A DNA stretch of 64,000 bases from Macrostomum lignano. Lineage: Eukaryota. Below the pieces are notes generated by a model. The model was not told where the DNA came from. It saw only the letters and a list, made by a program, of their open reading frames with translations, and did not search any database. Positions 1 through 12,334 of this stretch are shown here, one piece after another. The position numbers and the translations under genes were made by a program. Location: NCBI GenBank assembly GCA_002269645.1, contig NIVC01003568.1, positions 1 through 64,000 of the forward strand, read 5' to 3'. Every line of letters begins with the position of its first letter. Positions within the stretch are counted from its first letter, which is position 1.

Positions 1-1020
1 CTCTCCTCTCCTCTCCTCTCCTCTCCTCTCCTCTCCTCCCTCTCCTCTCCTCTCCTCTCCTCTCTCTCCTCTCCTCTCTCTCCTCTCCTCTCCTCTTCCT
101 CTCCTCTCCTCTCCTCTCTCTCTCTCCTCTCTCTCCTCCTCTCCTCTCCTCTCCTCTCCTCTCCTCTCTCTCTCTCCTCTCCTTCCTCTCCTCTCCCTCT
201 CCTCCCTCTCCTCTTCCTCTCCTCTCCTCTCCTCTCCTCTCCTCTCCTCTCCTCCTCCTCTCCTCTCCTCTCCTCTCCTCTCCTCTCCTCTCCTCTCCTC
301 TCCTCCCTCTCCTCTCCTCTCCTATCTCTCCTCTCCTCTCCCTTCCTCCCCTCTCCTCTCCTCCCTCCTCCCTCTCCTCTCCTCTCCTCTCCTCTCTCCC
401 TCTCCTCTCCTCTCCTTCCTCTCCTCCCTCTCCTTCCTCTCCTCTCCTCTCTCTCCTCTCTCTCCTTCCTCTCTCCTCTCCTCTCCTCTCCTCTCCTCTC
501 CTCTCTCCCCTCTCCTCTCCTCTCCTCTCTCTCCTCCTCTCCTCTCCTCTCCTCTCTCTCCTCTCCTTCTTCCTCTCCTCTCCTCTCCTCTCCTCTCCTC
601 TCCTCTCCTCTCCTTCTCTCTCCTCTCCTCTCTCCTCTCTCCTCTCCTCTCCTCTCCTCTCCCTCTCCTCTCCTTCCCTCTTCCTCTCCTCCTCTCCTTC
701 CTCCTCTCTCTGCTCTCTCTTATCTCTTTTTTCCTCTCCCATCTGTCCTCTCTACTCTCTCATCTATTGTCTCTCCTCTACCCGGTCCTCTCTTTCTTTT
801 TTTTTCTCTCTCCTCTCTGCTCTCATGTCTCATATCTATATTCTCTCTACCCTTTGTTTTTTTAAACTTCTCCTCTCTCCTCTCTCCTCTCTCCTCTCTC
901 CTCTCTCCTCTCTCCTCTCTCCTCTCCCATTCTCTCCTCTCTTCTCCTTTATTCTCTCGCCTCTCCTTCCTATCTCCCTTCCCTCCTCTCACGTTTCCAT
1001 TCCCTCTTCTCTTCCTTCTC
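1..1020. repeat. CT-rich low-complexity / (CTCTC)n-type microsatellite
   Basis: Almost pure C/T sequence of degenerate CT, CTC and CTCTC units; runs off the window start. Confidence 0.95.
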
Positions 1021-1889
1021 AAGATTTACATTTTTACATCTTACATTTTTATCTCTATATCTACAGTCGGTTAGGTTAAGCTTGATAGATAGCTCGTACT
1101 TCGCATAATTACTTTTAGTAGTACACTTAGAATCTGAATCCTTGAATTAATAATGAAATCAATGAGAAAATAAAATGTACCGAGGAGTGTCATGGCAACC
1201 TGTTTTTCACTTGGGTAAAATTAGCAAAGCATTAGCAAGAATTAGATGCTAATTGTCTAAACTTTTTCTTAGAATGAATAATGAAACACGCTTGTAGATG
1301 CTGCAGGAATTGCTGTCTTTTGCTTCAATTCTTTTCTTAGTTCATAAGCCATTCGCTCGTAGCCTTGAGTTGAAGCCATGAAGCCTGCGAATCCCAGACG
1401 GCATGCAGCCATTCGCTCGCCAAACGCTGCCCCACCGTGACTCACCGTTCCCATTCTGAACTGAGCTGCTGTCGCCCACTCCCTCGAGGACGCTTGTAAT
1501 ACAAAACTGGCCTGCAGTGTTGCAGCAGCCGAAAGCTGAAACATCCTCTCTACATTAAGAGCGCGAATTCCGATTTCAAGTTCTCAAGCATTCCATCGTT
1601 CTCAGGCTGCAAAGATAGCAAGGAACTTTGCATTCCTTGTAGGAATTTCAGAGATCAGCAATGAACTCACTGGAGAACCTGTCTGTCATTGTTGACTCAT
1701 TTGCCAACTTCGAAGACTCCGGTATAGTTCTCTGTTATATATTTGCTTAATCTATCGATTCGTACTAAGTATTTATTGATAATGTGTTTAAGCAAAGAGA
1801 CTGTGTTGATTGACACTTTTTCGCGGTATCTTGTTAAGCACTTCTCTACTTCTCTAAGCTAGTTCGCGTACTCTTGCATAGACTTGCGT

Positions 1890-2250
<361 letters not shown>

Positions 2251-2465
2251 TCCTTATTTCTCCAAAATGAATTCAACAAATTTTTCGATAAGCCCCAATC
2301 AAACACATGCAGGCACCAACTCTGTATGCATACTAGAAGCTCTGATGATGAGGCCAGAATGGGTTATATTCTTATAGCGAAAAGTTATATTCTTAGTCTA
2401 TGGTGAATATTAAATTTGCTGGGCTCTTTGCAACGAACTAAATATGAAGCAAAAATGTATAGTTA

Positions 2466-2732
2466 AGCCAGCTAAGTTGAGAATAGCAGCAGTGGATTTG
2501 GTCTTGCCCATAGACATAGACGGAAGAGGCAAACAAGTTGATAATTTGGCCATAGACATCAGCACGAAAAAGAATGCCAGCAGCAACCTCTCCCATAGAC
2601 TGTCTCTCAGGAGCTTAACATCGATTTCCGTGGAGTAGATCAGAATTATCCACTTCCTTGCCTTTTCCGTCTATGTCTATGGGCAAGACCAAATCCACTG
2701 CTGCCAAATGGCAATTCTTAACTTGGTTGGCT
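2466..2732. mobile_element. Small inverted-repeat (MITE-like / foldback) element
   Basis: gcagcagtggatttggtcttgcccatagacatagacggaagaggcaa (~2486-2532) is the near-perfect reverse complement of ttgccttttccgtctatgtctatgggcaagaccaaatccactgctgc (~2659-2705). Weaker pairing extends to ~2466/2732. No target-site duplication identified. Confidence 0.6.
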
Positions 2733-4011
2733 ATAGTGTCTCATTCTTACGAGCTAAGGCTAAGGGGGCATATTTTTTCAATTCCGCAGACACTCCGCCT
2801 TTGAAGTTATGGCGGAGTTGTGTCTTTACAACTGTTGCGAATAAACCCCTCATTCTTGGTTGCACTGCAGCAAGTGCTTTCAGTTCAAAACAGATTACCG
2901 ATATTACCGACGAAACAGTCGCTGCAGCAGGGGAAGTTACAGCAGAAAAAATGTATCCATTTGCTTCGCAAAGGTGCGACCAACCTTTTTGAGTCTATAG
3001 CGCCGCGAACGAACAAAGCCTTCCCCTAAAAGTTGCTTGGAGAAAAAGACACACAGCTATAGAAGCAATATTCTAGAACACTTTGTCGCCGCTCTGACTG
3101 TAGCAAGCCTCCTTCCAGTCTTACTAGAAATTTTTGTTGAAACCGCACTGAAGTTAATTTGAAATTCCTCGGGGGCAAATTTGAAGTTTTCTGGCTTCGG
3201 ATTGCTTCTAGCAGCAGGTGCTCCCACTGTAACTAGATTTAATTGGGCTGCGATGCGTTAAAGTCGTGTGATTAGTTTTCTGCCTGAGGTACCTGTGCGC
3301 GGTGGGTAGGAGTACACCGTACACCTCTACCTGATGTCGGTTCTCGCGCTCTCCGTTGCTTTTTGGATAATTTTTCCCCACGTGGGCTCCCCTAGCAACC
3401 ACTCTCATCACCTGCCCAAACACTTCTATCCTCAACACACCTGTCTTCTCATCTCTTTCCATCAGCTTCCTTCATCTCTCTCCATCGTTCCCCCTCCCAA
3501 ACTGCTCTTCCCCTGTTCAGTACGCCCCAGCATCTCATCTCCATCGCCCGGAGAGTGCACTGACAGAGCTATAGTTGATCACCATAGTGCACAGAGTAGC
3601 GGCCCTATGAGGCTGACTGACGGCGAGGGACGACAGAGAGTTGGGGAGCGGGGCCGCGTTGACGGACCCGTAATAAATAGCGACTCAGTCGCATCCCCTC
3701 GGGGCTGCTGACCGTCCGTAGCCCAGCCCGCAACGATCCCATCTGACTAAGAAAGTGCAGCACCGCCCACTGCCACCCACGGCCTTGGCGGCCATGAAGT
3801 TGCTAGAATTCAACCGGGGCTGAATCTGTCAATTAAATCATAGATAGAGAATAATAATGGTGGTGAAGCTGCACGGCCACCATGTTCTGCACGGTAAATG
3901 CCATTAGCGCCCAGTTCTGTTGCAATAAAACTTCTGAGTTTATGGTCACCGCCTTTGATCTATATTAGATCATATCGGAGCATCAGAATCCCCCCTCCCC
4001 CTGTGTCGCAC

Positions 4012-4191
4012 ATTGCAGCCATTCCCGAGGAGCCGGTCGGCGACTGCTGCATGGCGGACTCCGACTGCAGCCACCGACACGGCTGCTCCAGCGGCAGCGC
4101 CATGATGCGCTCTTCGGCTGGGAAGTCTTCGACAATGTCCACAAGCAGCGATGATAATTCTGGCCACAGCGAGGGCATGCAGCGTGAGTTG
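4012..4191 (-). CDS. Possible exon of an unidentified minus-strand gene
   Basis: GC-rich 180-bp segment between ctacag and gtgcga, open in more than one frame (e.g. NSRCMPSLWPELSSLLVDIVEDFPAEERIMAL...). No family recognised. Confidence 0.3.
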
Positions 4192-4225
4192 CTGTAGCAG
4201 TACATGTCAGTACCTGTCCTAGTTG

Positions 4226-5010
4226 TATTAGCAGTAGCAGTAGCAGTAGCATTAGCATTTGCATTAGCATTAGCAGTAGCATTAGCAGTAGCATTAGCAT
4301 TAGCATTAGCTTTAGCATTAGCAGTAGCAGTAGCATTAGCAGTAGCTTAGCTTTAGCAGTAGCAGTAGCATTAGCAGTAGCATTAGCATTAGCAGTAGCA
4401 GTAGCATTAGCAGTAGCATTAGCATCTGCATTAGCAGTAGCAGTAGCAGTAGCATTAGCATTAGCAGTAGCAGTAGCATTAGCATCTGCATTAGCAGTAG
4501 CAGTAGCAGTAGCATTAGCATTTGCATTAGCATTAGCATTAGCAGTAGCATTAGCATTAGCATTAGCATCTGCATTAGCATTTGCAGTAGCAGTAGCAGT
4601 AGCATTAGCATTAGCATTAGCATTAGCATTTGCATTTGCATTAGCATTTGCATTAGCATTAGCATTAGCATCTGCATTAGCATTTGCATTTGCATTTGCA
4701 TTTGCATTTGCATTTGCATTTGCATTTGCATTTGCATTTGCATTTGCATTTGCATTTGCATTAGCATTAGCATTAGCATTAGCATTAGCATTAGCATTAG
4801 CAGTAGCACTAGCATTAGCATTAGCATTAGCATTTGCATTTGCATTTGCATTTGCATTAGCATTAGCATTAGCATTAGCATTAGCACTAGCACTAGCATT
4901 AGCATTAGCAGTAGCATTAGCATTAGCATTAGCATTAGCAGTAGCAGTAGCAGTAGCAGTAGCATTAGCAGTAGCATTAGCATTAGCATTAGCAGTAGCA
5001 GTAGTTAGTA
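4226..5010. repeat. Hexamer satellite (TTAGCA/GTAGCA/TTTGCA)n
   Basis: 6-bp periodicity with blocks of variant units. Confidence 0.95.
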
Positions 5011-6099
5011 GTAGTACACAATTCCCCTGAATTACACCAGTTATAAAGAACCCGCAGTTTTATTAATACAGGCTTAACCAACATTGAATCGCAATAAACC
5101 GCACCAATCCCGGTTAGTAGCAACCCAAAGGCTGGCAATCTGGATCGCAGAAACCGAGGTCCGATTCCCAGATCCCAGCTGCGCAATGACTCACACCTGC
5201 TTTATTGCTCAATTCTATTTTCTAACCTTGAATTGCTTCGAGTGGGGCGCTTAGTCCGACTAAGCACTCTGCCACCCTGTTCTGGCAGCTCCCAGGTTCT
5301 ATACAGGCTCCCAGATCTATCACATCACCTGTCAATCAAGTAGATAATTATCATAGTACAGATGCAGATTTCTACTCAGCATACCTGAGCACAATAAAGT
5401 CCGCTCAGTGAGGAGGCTCAGACTGAATTGACTGTACTTGTACCAGGTGGTGACAATGAGTAAGCCCTCATCATTGTGAGAGAGGGAGAGGCAGAGAGCC
5501 CAGAGTCCAAGCCTCCCGCATCGATCCAGGTTTTATTATTTAGTGGTGGGCCAGACAGTAAAAAGTTCAGAGACGGTGGCTCTGCAGGGTAGGGGAGGAA
5601 GCAAAGTAAGAAACTGAATGGGAAATATTTCCCATTCTCACCTCCTGCTCACCACAGTTCACCTCTTCCCTGGCCTCACCAAATACAATGAGGACAAGGA
5701 GAGCTAGAGCAGCAATTTGGAGTTCCTCTCAAGCACTGCATTTTTAGACAACTATAGGCTGGACTGTCAGAATGCAATTGTCAATCTTTTGCCCTCAGCC
5801 TAGAGTTGTCCAAAACTATGAGGTTTGAAGCTGTCACTCCAGACTTTTAAAGTGGGGTCTCCTTGGCTCAGCCACATTCTACCTTTACCACTCAACTCAA
5901 CACAATGAGGGTTGGGAGTATTTTTGCGGTACAAATTTGATTTCTTCCCAACCGTGGGTTGAGTCAGCTTAGGAGTAAAAAACTCCTTCTCTTCCTTGAC
6001 AGCTGTCTGTCCCAGTTGGCAGCTCTTAGTTCAGGCCTGTCCCAGTGCCAAGAAGACTTTCCCAGCTCCAGCTGCTCCAGCTGAAAGGAAATCTACAAA

Positions 6100-6940
6100 T
6101 TCTCATTCTCATTCTCATTCTCATTCTCATTTTCATTCTCATTCCCATTCTCATTCCCATTCTCATTCCCATTCTCATTCTTATTCTCATTCTCATTCTC
6201 ACTCTTATTCTCATTCCCATTCTCATTCCCATTCTCATTCCCATTCTCATTCCCATTCTCATTCCCATTCTCACTCCCATTCTCATTCCCACTCTCACTC
6301 TCATTCTCATTCTCATTCCCATTCTCATTCCCATTCTCATTCCCATTCTCATTCCCATTCTCATTCCCATTCTCATTCCCATTCTCATTCCCATTCTCAT
6401 TCCCATTCTCATTCCCATTATCATTATCATTCTCACTCTCAATCTCATTCTCACTCTCACTCTAAGTCTCACTCTCATTCTAATTCTCACTCTCATTCTC
6501 ACTCTCACTCTCATTCCCATTCTCATTCTCACTCTCATTCTCATTCTCATTCTCATTCCCATTCTCATTCCCATTCTCATTCCCATTCTCATTCCCATTC
6601 TCACTCCCATTCTCATTCCCACTCTCACTCTCATTCTCATTCTCATTCCCATTCTCATTCCCATTCTCATTCCCATTCTCATTCCCATTCTCATTCCCAT
6701 TCTCATTCCCATTCTCATTCCCATTCTCATTCCCATTCTCATTCCCATTCTCATTCCCATTTTCATTCCCATTCTCATTCCCATTATCATTATCATTCTC
6801 ACTCTCAATCTCATTCTCACTCTCACTCTAAGTCTCACTCTCATTCTAATTCTCACTCTCATTCTAATTCTCACTCTCATTCTCACTCTCACTCTCATTC
6901 CCATTCTCATTCTCACTCTCATTCTCATTCTCATTCTCAT
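6100..6940. repeat. (CATTCT/CATTCC)n 6/12-bp satellite with internal block duplication
   Basis: Direct periodicity; the variant block cattatcattatcattctcactctcaatctc...ctaagtctc occurs twice (~6417 and ~6782). Confidence 0.95.
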
Positions 6941-7305
6941 TGCCATATTATTTCCAGGAGCTCCGCAGTCCTCCAGCTTGGCATGGCCAATAACCACCCA
7001 AAAACACAGGCTTGAGTTGAGTCACGCCGAAAGCTCCTTACTTTACTGAGACACTCCACAATAGCAGCAAAGGCTCTCAAAAAGAATTTTCTACAGCAAA
7101 AGCTTCAAAGCTTGTTTTTTATTCATTACTGCAACTCATCCGGGAGGTGAAGCAATTTCTGAGATTGCGCAACAAAATTTAAAAAGAAACCGCTTGATTG
7201 ACAGGCTGCTAATATGCAGTGGAAAGTCGAGACTTACAGAATTAAGTCTGCTGGGAATTAGGAATTAGGTTTTAAAAGATGCGTATTATAAGTCATGCAA
7301 GCTTC

Positions 7306-7960
7306 ACAAGGAGATGGAGAGGGGAGGCTGAGAGACACAGAGGAGAGGGAGAGAGACATGGAGATGCAGAGAGGAGGCTGAGAGACACAGAGGAGAAGGA
7401 GAGAGACATGGAGATGGAGAGCGGAGGCTGAGAGACACAGAGGAGAAGGAGAGAGACATGGAGATGGAGAGCGGAGGCTGAGAGACACAGAGGAGAAGGA
7501 GAGAGACATGGAGATGGAGAGAGGAGGCTGAGAGACACAGAGGAGAAGGAGAGAGACATGGAGATGGAGAGAGGAGGCTGAGAGACACAGAGGGGAGGGA
7601 GAGAGACATGGAGATGGAGAGAGGAGGCTGAGAGACACAGAGGAGAAGGAGAGAGACATGGAGATGGAGAGAGGAGGCTGAGAGACACAGAGGGGAGGGA
7701 GAGAGACATGGAGATGGAGAGAGGAGGCTGAGAGACACAGAGGAGAAGGAGAGAGACATGGAGATGGAGAGAGGAGGCTGAGAGACACAGAGGAGAAGGA
7801 GAGAGACATGGAGATGGAGAGAGGAGGCTGAGAGACACAGAGGGGAGGGAGAGAGACATGGAGATGGAGAGAGGAGGCTGAGAGACACAGAGGGGAGGAG
7901 AGAGACATGGAGACGGAGAGAGGAGGCTGAGAGACACAGAGGGGAGGGAAGGAGATAGGA
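7306..7960. repeat. 50-bp purine-rich minisatellite
   Basis: Unit gagagacatggagatggagagaggaggctgagagacacagaggagaagga, about 13 copies. Confidence 0.95.
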
Positions 7961-8639
7961 GACGGAGAGAACGAACCGCAACCTCAAACCGCAAAAGATG
8001 CAGGAAACAAGCAGACATTCAAGGAACTGCCTGCTCGTTAGGCTCGAGGATGGGGCGGAGACTCAGACCTCGGGAGAGGATGGAGCAGGGCGGGAGGGTC
8101 ACGGATGAACAGACTAATTGGGGAGATGCGCTGGCGTGACGAAGCGACGCAGCAAAGAGGAGAAGCAGCAGTCCTGAGCTTGTCCTACTCGCCCCTCCCT
8201 CAGTTTCCCAATCTAACTAACGAGCAGGTACAGCTAAGGCCTCACTAATCGCTTCCAATATTCCTTAGATTATTCCATAAGATTTTCGCTCTCCAGTCTT
8301 CAATCTCTTCGCATCGCATGGGGATCTGGGAGACCTGGCAGCCGCCACCACTGGAGGCAGTTCCGGTCCGGCTCTTCCTCCCCCGCCCCCGATTGAGATG
8401 CAGCAGCTGGATATGGATTGATGACGATGCTGGGGAGTGAGTCAGGCCGCCGCTAGCTACTCAAACTAACTTGAGAGCCACAGCTGCTTTAGCCTATCTT
8501 TAGTGCCATCATCAAATTAATCTTCGTCTTATCAGCAGCTCTTCCTCCCGCATGCCGCTATAGAGACATTCAGGTCTTCGCTTGCCTCTGCAAACTCAGC
8601 CTCCCTCCATGAGCCCTCCAACATGCCCATCTGTTAACC

Positions 8640-9143
8640 CTCCATCATGTCCCTTGCTTTACCCTTCATCATAACCCATGTTTTACCCTCCGCCATACCC
8701 CATGTTTTACCCTCCGCCATGCCCTATGTTTTACCCTCCGCCATACCCCATGTTTTACACTCCATCATACTCCATGTTTTACCCTCCATCATACTCCATG
8801 TTTTACCCTCCATCATACCCCATGTCTTACCCTCCATCATACCCCATGTCTTACCCTCCATCATACCCCATGTCTTACCCTCCATCATACCCCATGTCTT
8901 ACCCTCCATCATACCCCATGTTTTACCCTCCATCATACCCCATGTCTTACCCTCCATCATACCCCATGTTTTACCCTCCATCATACCCCATGTTTTACCC
9001 TCCATCATACCCCATGTTTTACCCTCCATCATACCCCATGTTTTACCCTCCATCATACCCCATGTCTTACCCTCCATCATACCCCATGTTTTACCCTCCA
9101 TCATACCCCATGTCTTACCCTCCATCATACCCCATGTCTTACC
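8640..9143. repeat. 24-bp minisatellite
   Basis: Unit ttaccctccatcataccccatgt(t/c), about 20 copies. Confidence 0.95.
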
Positions 9144-9772
9144 TCGATAATGCTCTAGACTGTCTACCCTCAAACACTCTGTAGCGATCTTTACTTACCC
9201 AAAATTGTATTTAATACAGCTAGAGCATAAAAATCAACATTCTACTGTCCCCTGGAATTCGGTCCTCATTTCGCAGTCTTTTTCGCTCTGTCAGAAGGCT
9301 CACAGTTTCTTTGATAAAACCAACTGATGCGTTAAAGAGAATTCATCCCAGGGACCGTACAGGTTGGAGACGAGCGGAGCACCTGCTCTGATGGGCGAGT
9401 GTAGCAGAGGGATTAGCCAAAAAACACATGGGGGCTCACATTGGACATGCCTGTTAAAGGAAAAATAGCTCGTCTAAGGCAGCCCTTTAAGGCCTCTCTT
9501 TTTCTGCGCGTTCTCAGACCGTGCGAGTCCGTCACTCACCGTCCGCTCCCCCGCCCCGCTGCCAGACGGGAATTTCCGGAAGGCTGGGGACGAAATGACG
9601 GGCCAGAAACAGGAGCAAGAGAAGCAGGTCGCCCTTCTTCTTCCCATCGGCTCTCCCTGCCTTCCTCCTCCTCGTGTTTCTATCGATCGGGTGCAGACGG
9701 TCTTGCCCGCAAGGTAAATCTCCGCACCTGGATTTCGAAGCAAAGCTGAGCCTGCCATAACTGCCTAGCTGC

Positions 9773-10506
<734 letters not shown>

Positions 10507-11722
10507 CCCCTTCAGAGCTGGCGGATTCCCATTGTGCTTAATAGTCTAATCCTTACCCACCAAGGAATTTTACACAGACAGTGAATGTCTGCCACGACTC
10601 CCCACTTACACTCACTACAGTCGCTCACTCCACTGAGCAGCCCAACTTCGCCTATCAGGGTTGAAGTGTCCGGGCCCTCAGTTGCAGCTGTTAAAATAAC
10701 TCCCAAACCCCAGTCAGTGCCGTGTGTGCCCAGGGAAGTCGAACTGCTGTGCGCCATAAAGACAGAGCAGTCGGATTGGGCGATCTCGCTCTCCTTCACT
10801 CTCTCCTCGCACAAATTTGAGTAGCAATGTCTGAGCAAAGAGCTGTGTGAGGAGAGCCTCAATAGGAAAAAAAGCCATAGCCTCAACAATGTAGTCTAAT
10901 AGTCTATGGCTTTAGCAAGAGTTCCCTTTACTTCCACTCCCAACCTTTTTCTCCAGTCCCAACCGACGGTGCAGTGAACCGCCAATGGGAAAGCTTTCCC
11001 TACAGGGATCCGGGGCTAAGTGGGGGGGGGGGCAGAAATGTTGGTAAGGTAGTTGCCGCGGAGGTTGGGTGTGCGGCTGTCGCTATATTTTAGTTAGTTA
11101 CTTTGTTAAAATCTGGCGCTTTGAAACTCCGAATTCGATAGCACACATTTTCAGTCTGCAGGTCAACGTCTCTAGTTTTGTAAAAGCAAAATCGGTTGGA
11201 TTCACGCCCAGGCTTTTGATATTCTTCAACAATTAGCTGTAAGTTTGGCTACACAGGGGCCTGCATCAAGCCCATGGGTGAGCTAGTTTGGTACACCAGA
11301 CCCTAAGCTCCGCCTGATCTGTTTCAATTATTATCAGCCAATGTATTGAGTTCTAGGGCTGAGCCTTATTGCATAATACTGGTCTTAATGGGCATAGGGA
11401 TGCTGGATGGATGCAGCATCTGTATCATCCTAGGGGAAGAGTTTCGATTTCCTGTTTCTAATTTCAATTTTCGATCCTTGGTCGGTTTGCTCTTGAGGAA
11501 AAATCTATTAAGCTTCTTGAACTGGGGGTGTCTGCTGCTGGCTTGTGCTGCAAGTCGAAACTGTCAAGAATGGCTCCGTTTCCATGGAGACTTTAGAAAA
11601 ATATTGCCGTTGGTTGAAACTAAAAAAATGGAAAGTTAAAACTATTCAATATTTTCCGATGGTCTCAGGATTTCTTCGGATTTTTTAAAAGTCTTCATCT
11701 CATTTTCGAGGGATTTTATTTA

Positions 11723-12175
11723 TGTTTCTTAGAGTTCTAGCATTCACCTCCCTGTTTCTTAGAACTCTAGCATTCACCTCCTGTTTCTTAGAACTCTAGC
11801 ATTCACCTCCCTGTTTCTTAGAACTCTAGCATTCACCTCCTGTTTCTTAGAACTCTAGCATTCACCTCCTGTTTCTTAGAACTCTAGCATTCACCTCCCT
11901 GTTTCTTAGAATTCTTGGATTCACCTTCTGTTTCTTAGAAATGTAGGATCCACCTCCCTGTTTCTTAGAATTCTAGGATTCACCCTCTGTTTCTTAGAAA
12001 TGTAGGATCCACCTCCCTGTTTCTTAGAATTCTAGGATTCACCTTCTGTTTCTTAGAAATGTAGGATTCACCTCCTATTTCTTAGAATTCTAGGATTCAC
12101 CTTCTGTTTCTTAGAAATGTAGGATTCACCTCCTATTTCTTAGAATTTTAGGATAAATATCCAGTTTCTTAGAAA
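11723..12175. repeat. 29-30-bp minisatellite
   Basis: Unit gtttcttagaactctagcattcacctccct, with alternating variants in the right half. Confidence 0.9.
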
Positions 12176-12334
12176 TCCGCCTCTGTTTCATAGGATTAAT
12201 TCAACTGTATTAAAATGTAATTTTCGCACTCCTTTATGAGATTCGCCCCAACAAGATTCTCCCTACAGAGTGTTAGATTTCGAGCTCATGCAACTACAGG
12301 ATTTACTAGCAGCCAATCACTGATCCACCTGCAG

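Noticed and set aside
9568-9577. Perfect NF-kB-like site GGGAATTTCC beside a GC box
   Set aside because: A single 10-mer in 64 kb is weak evidence. The region may be a promoter, but no start site or target can be assigned.
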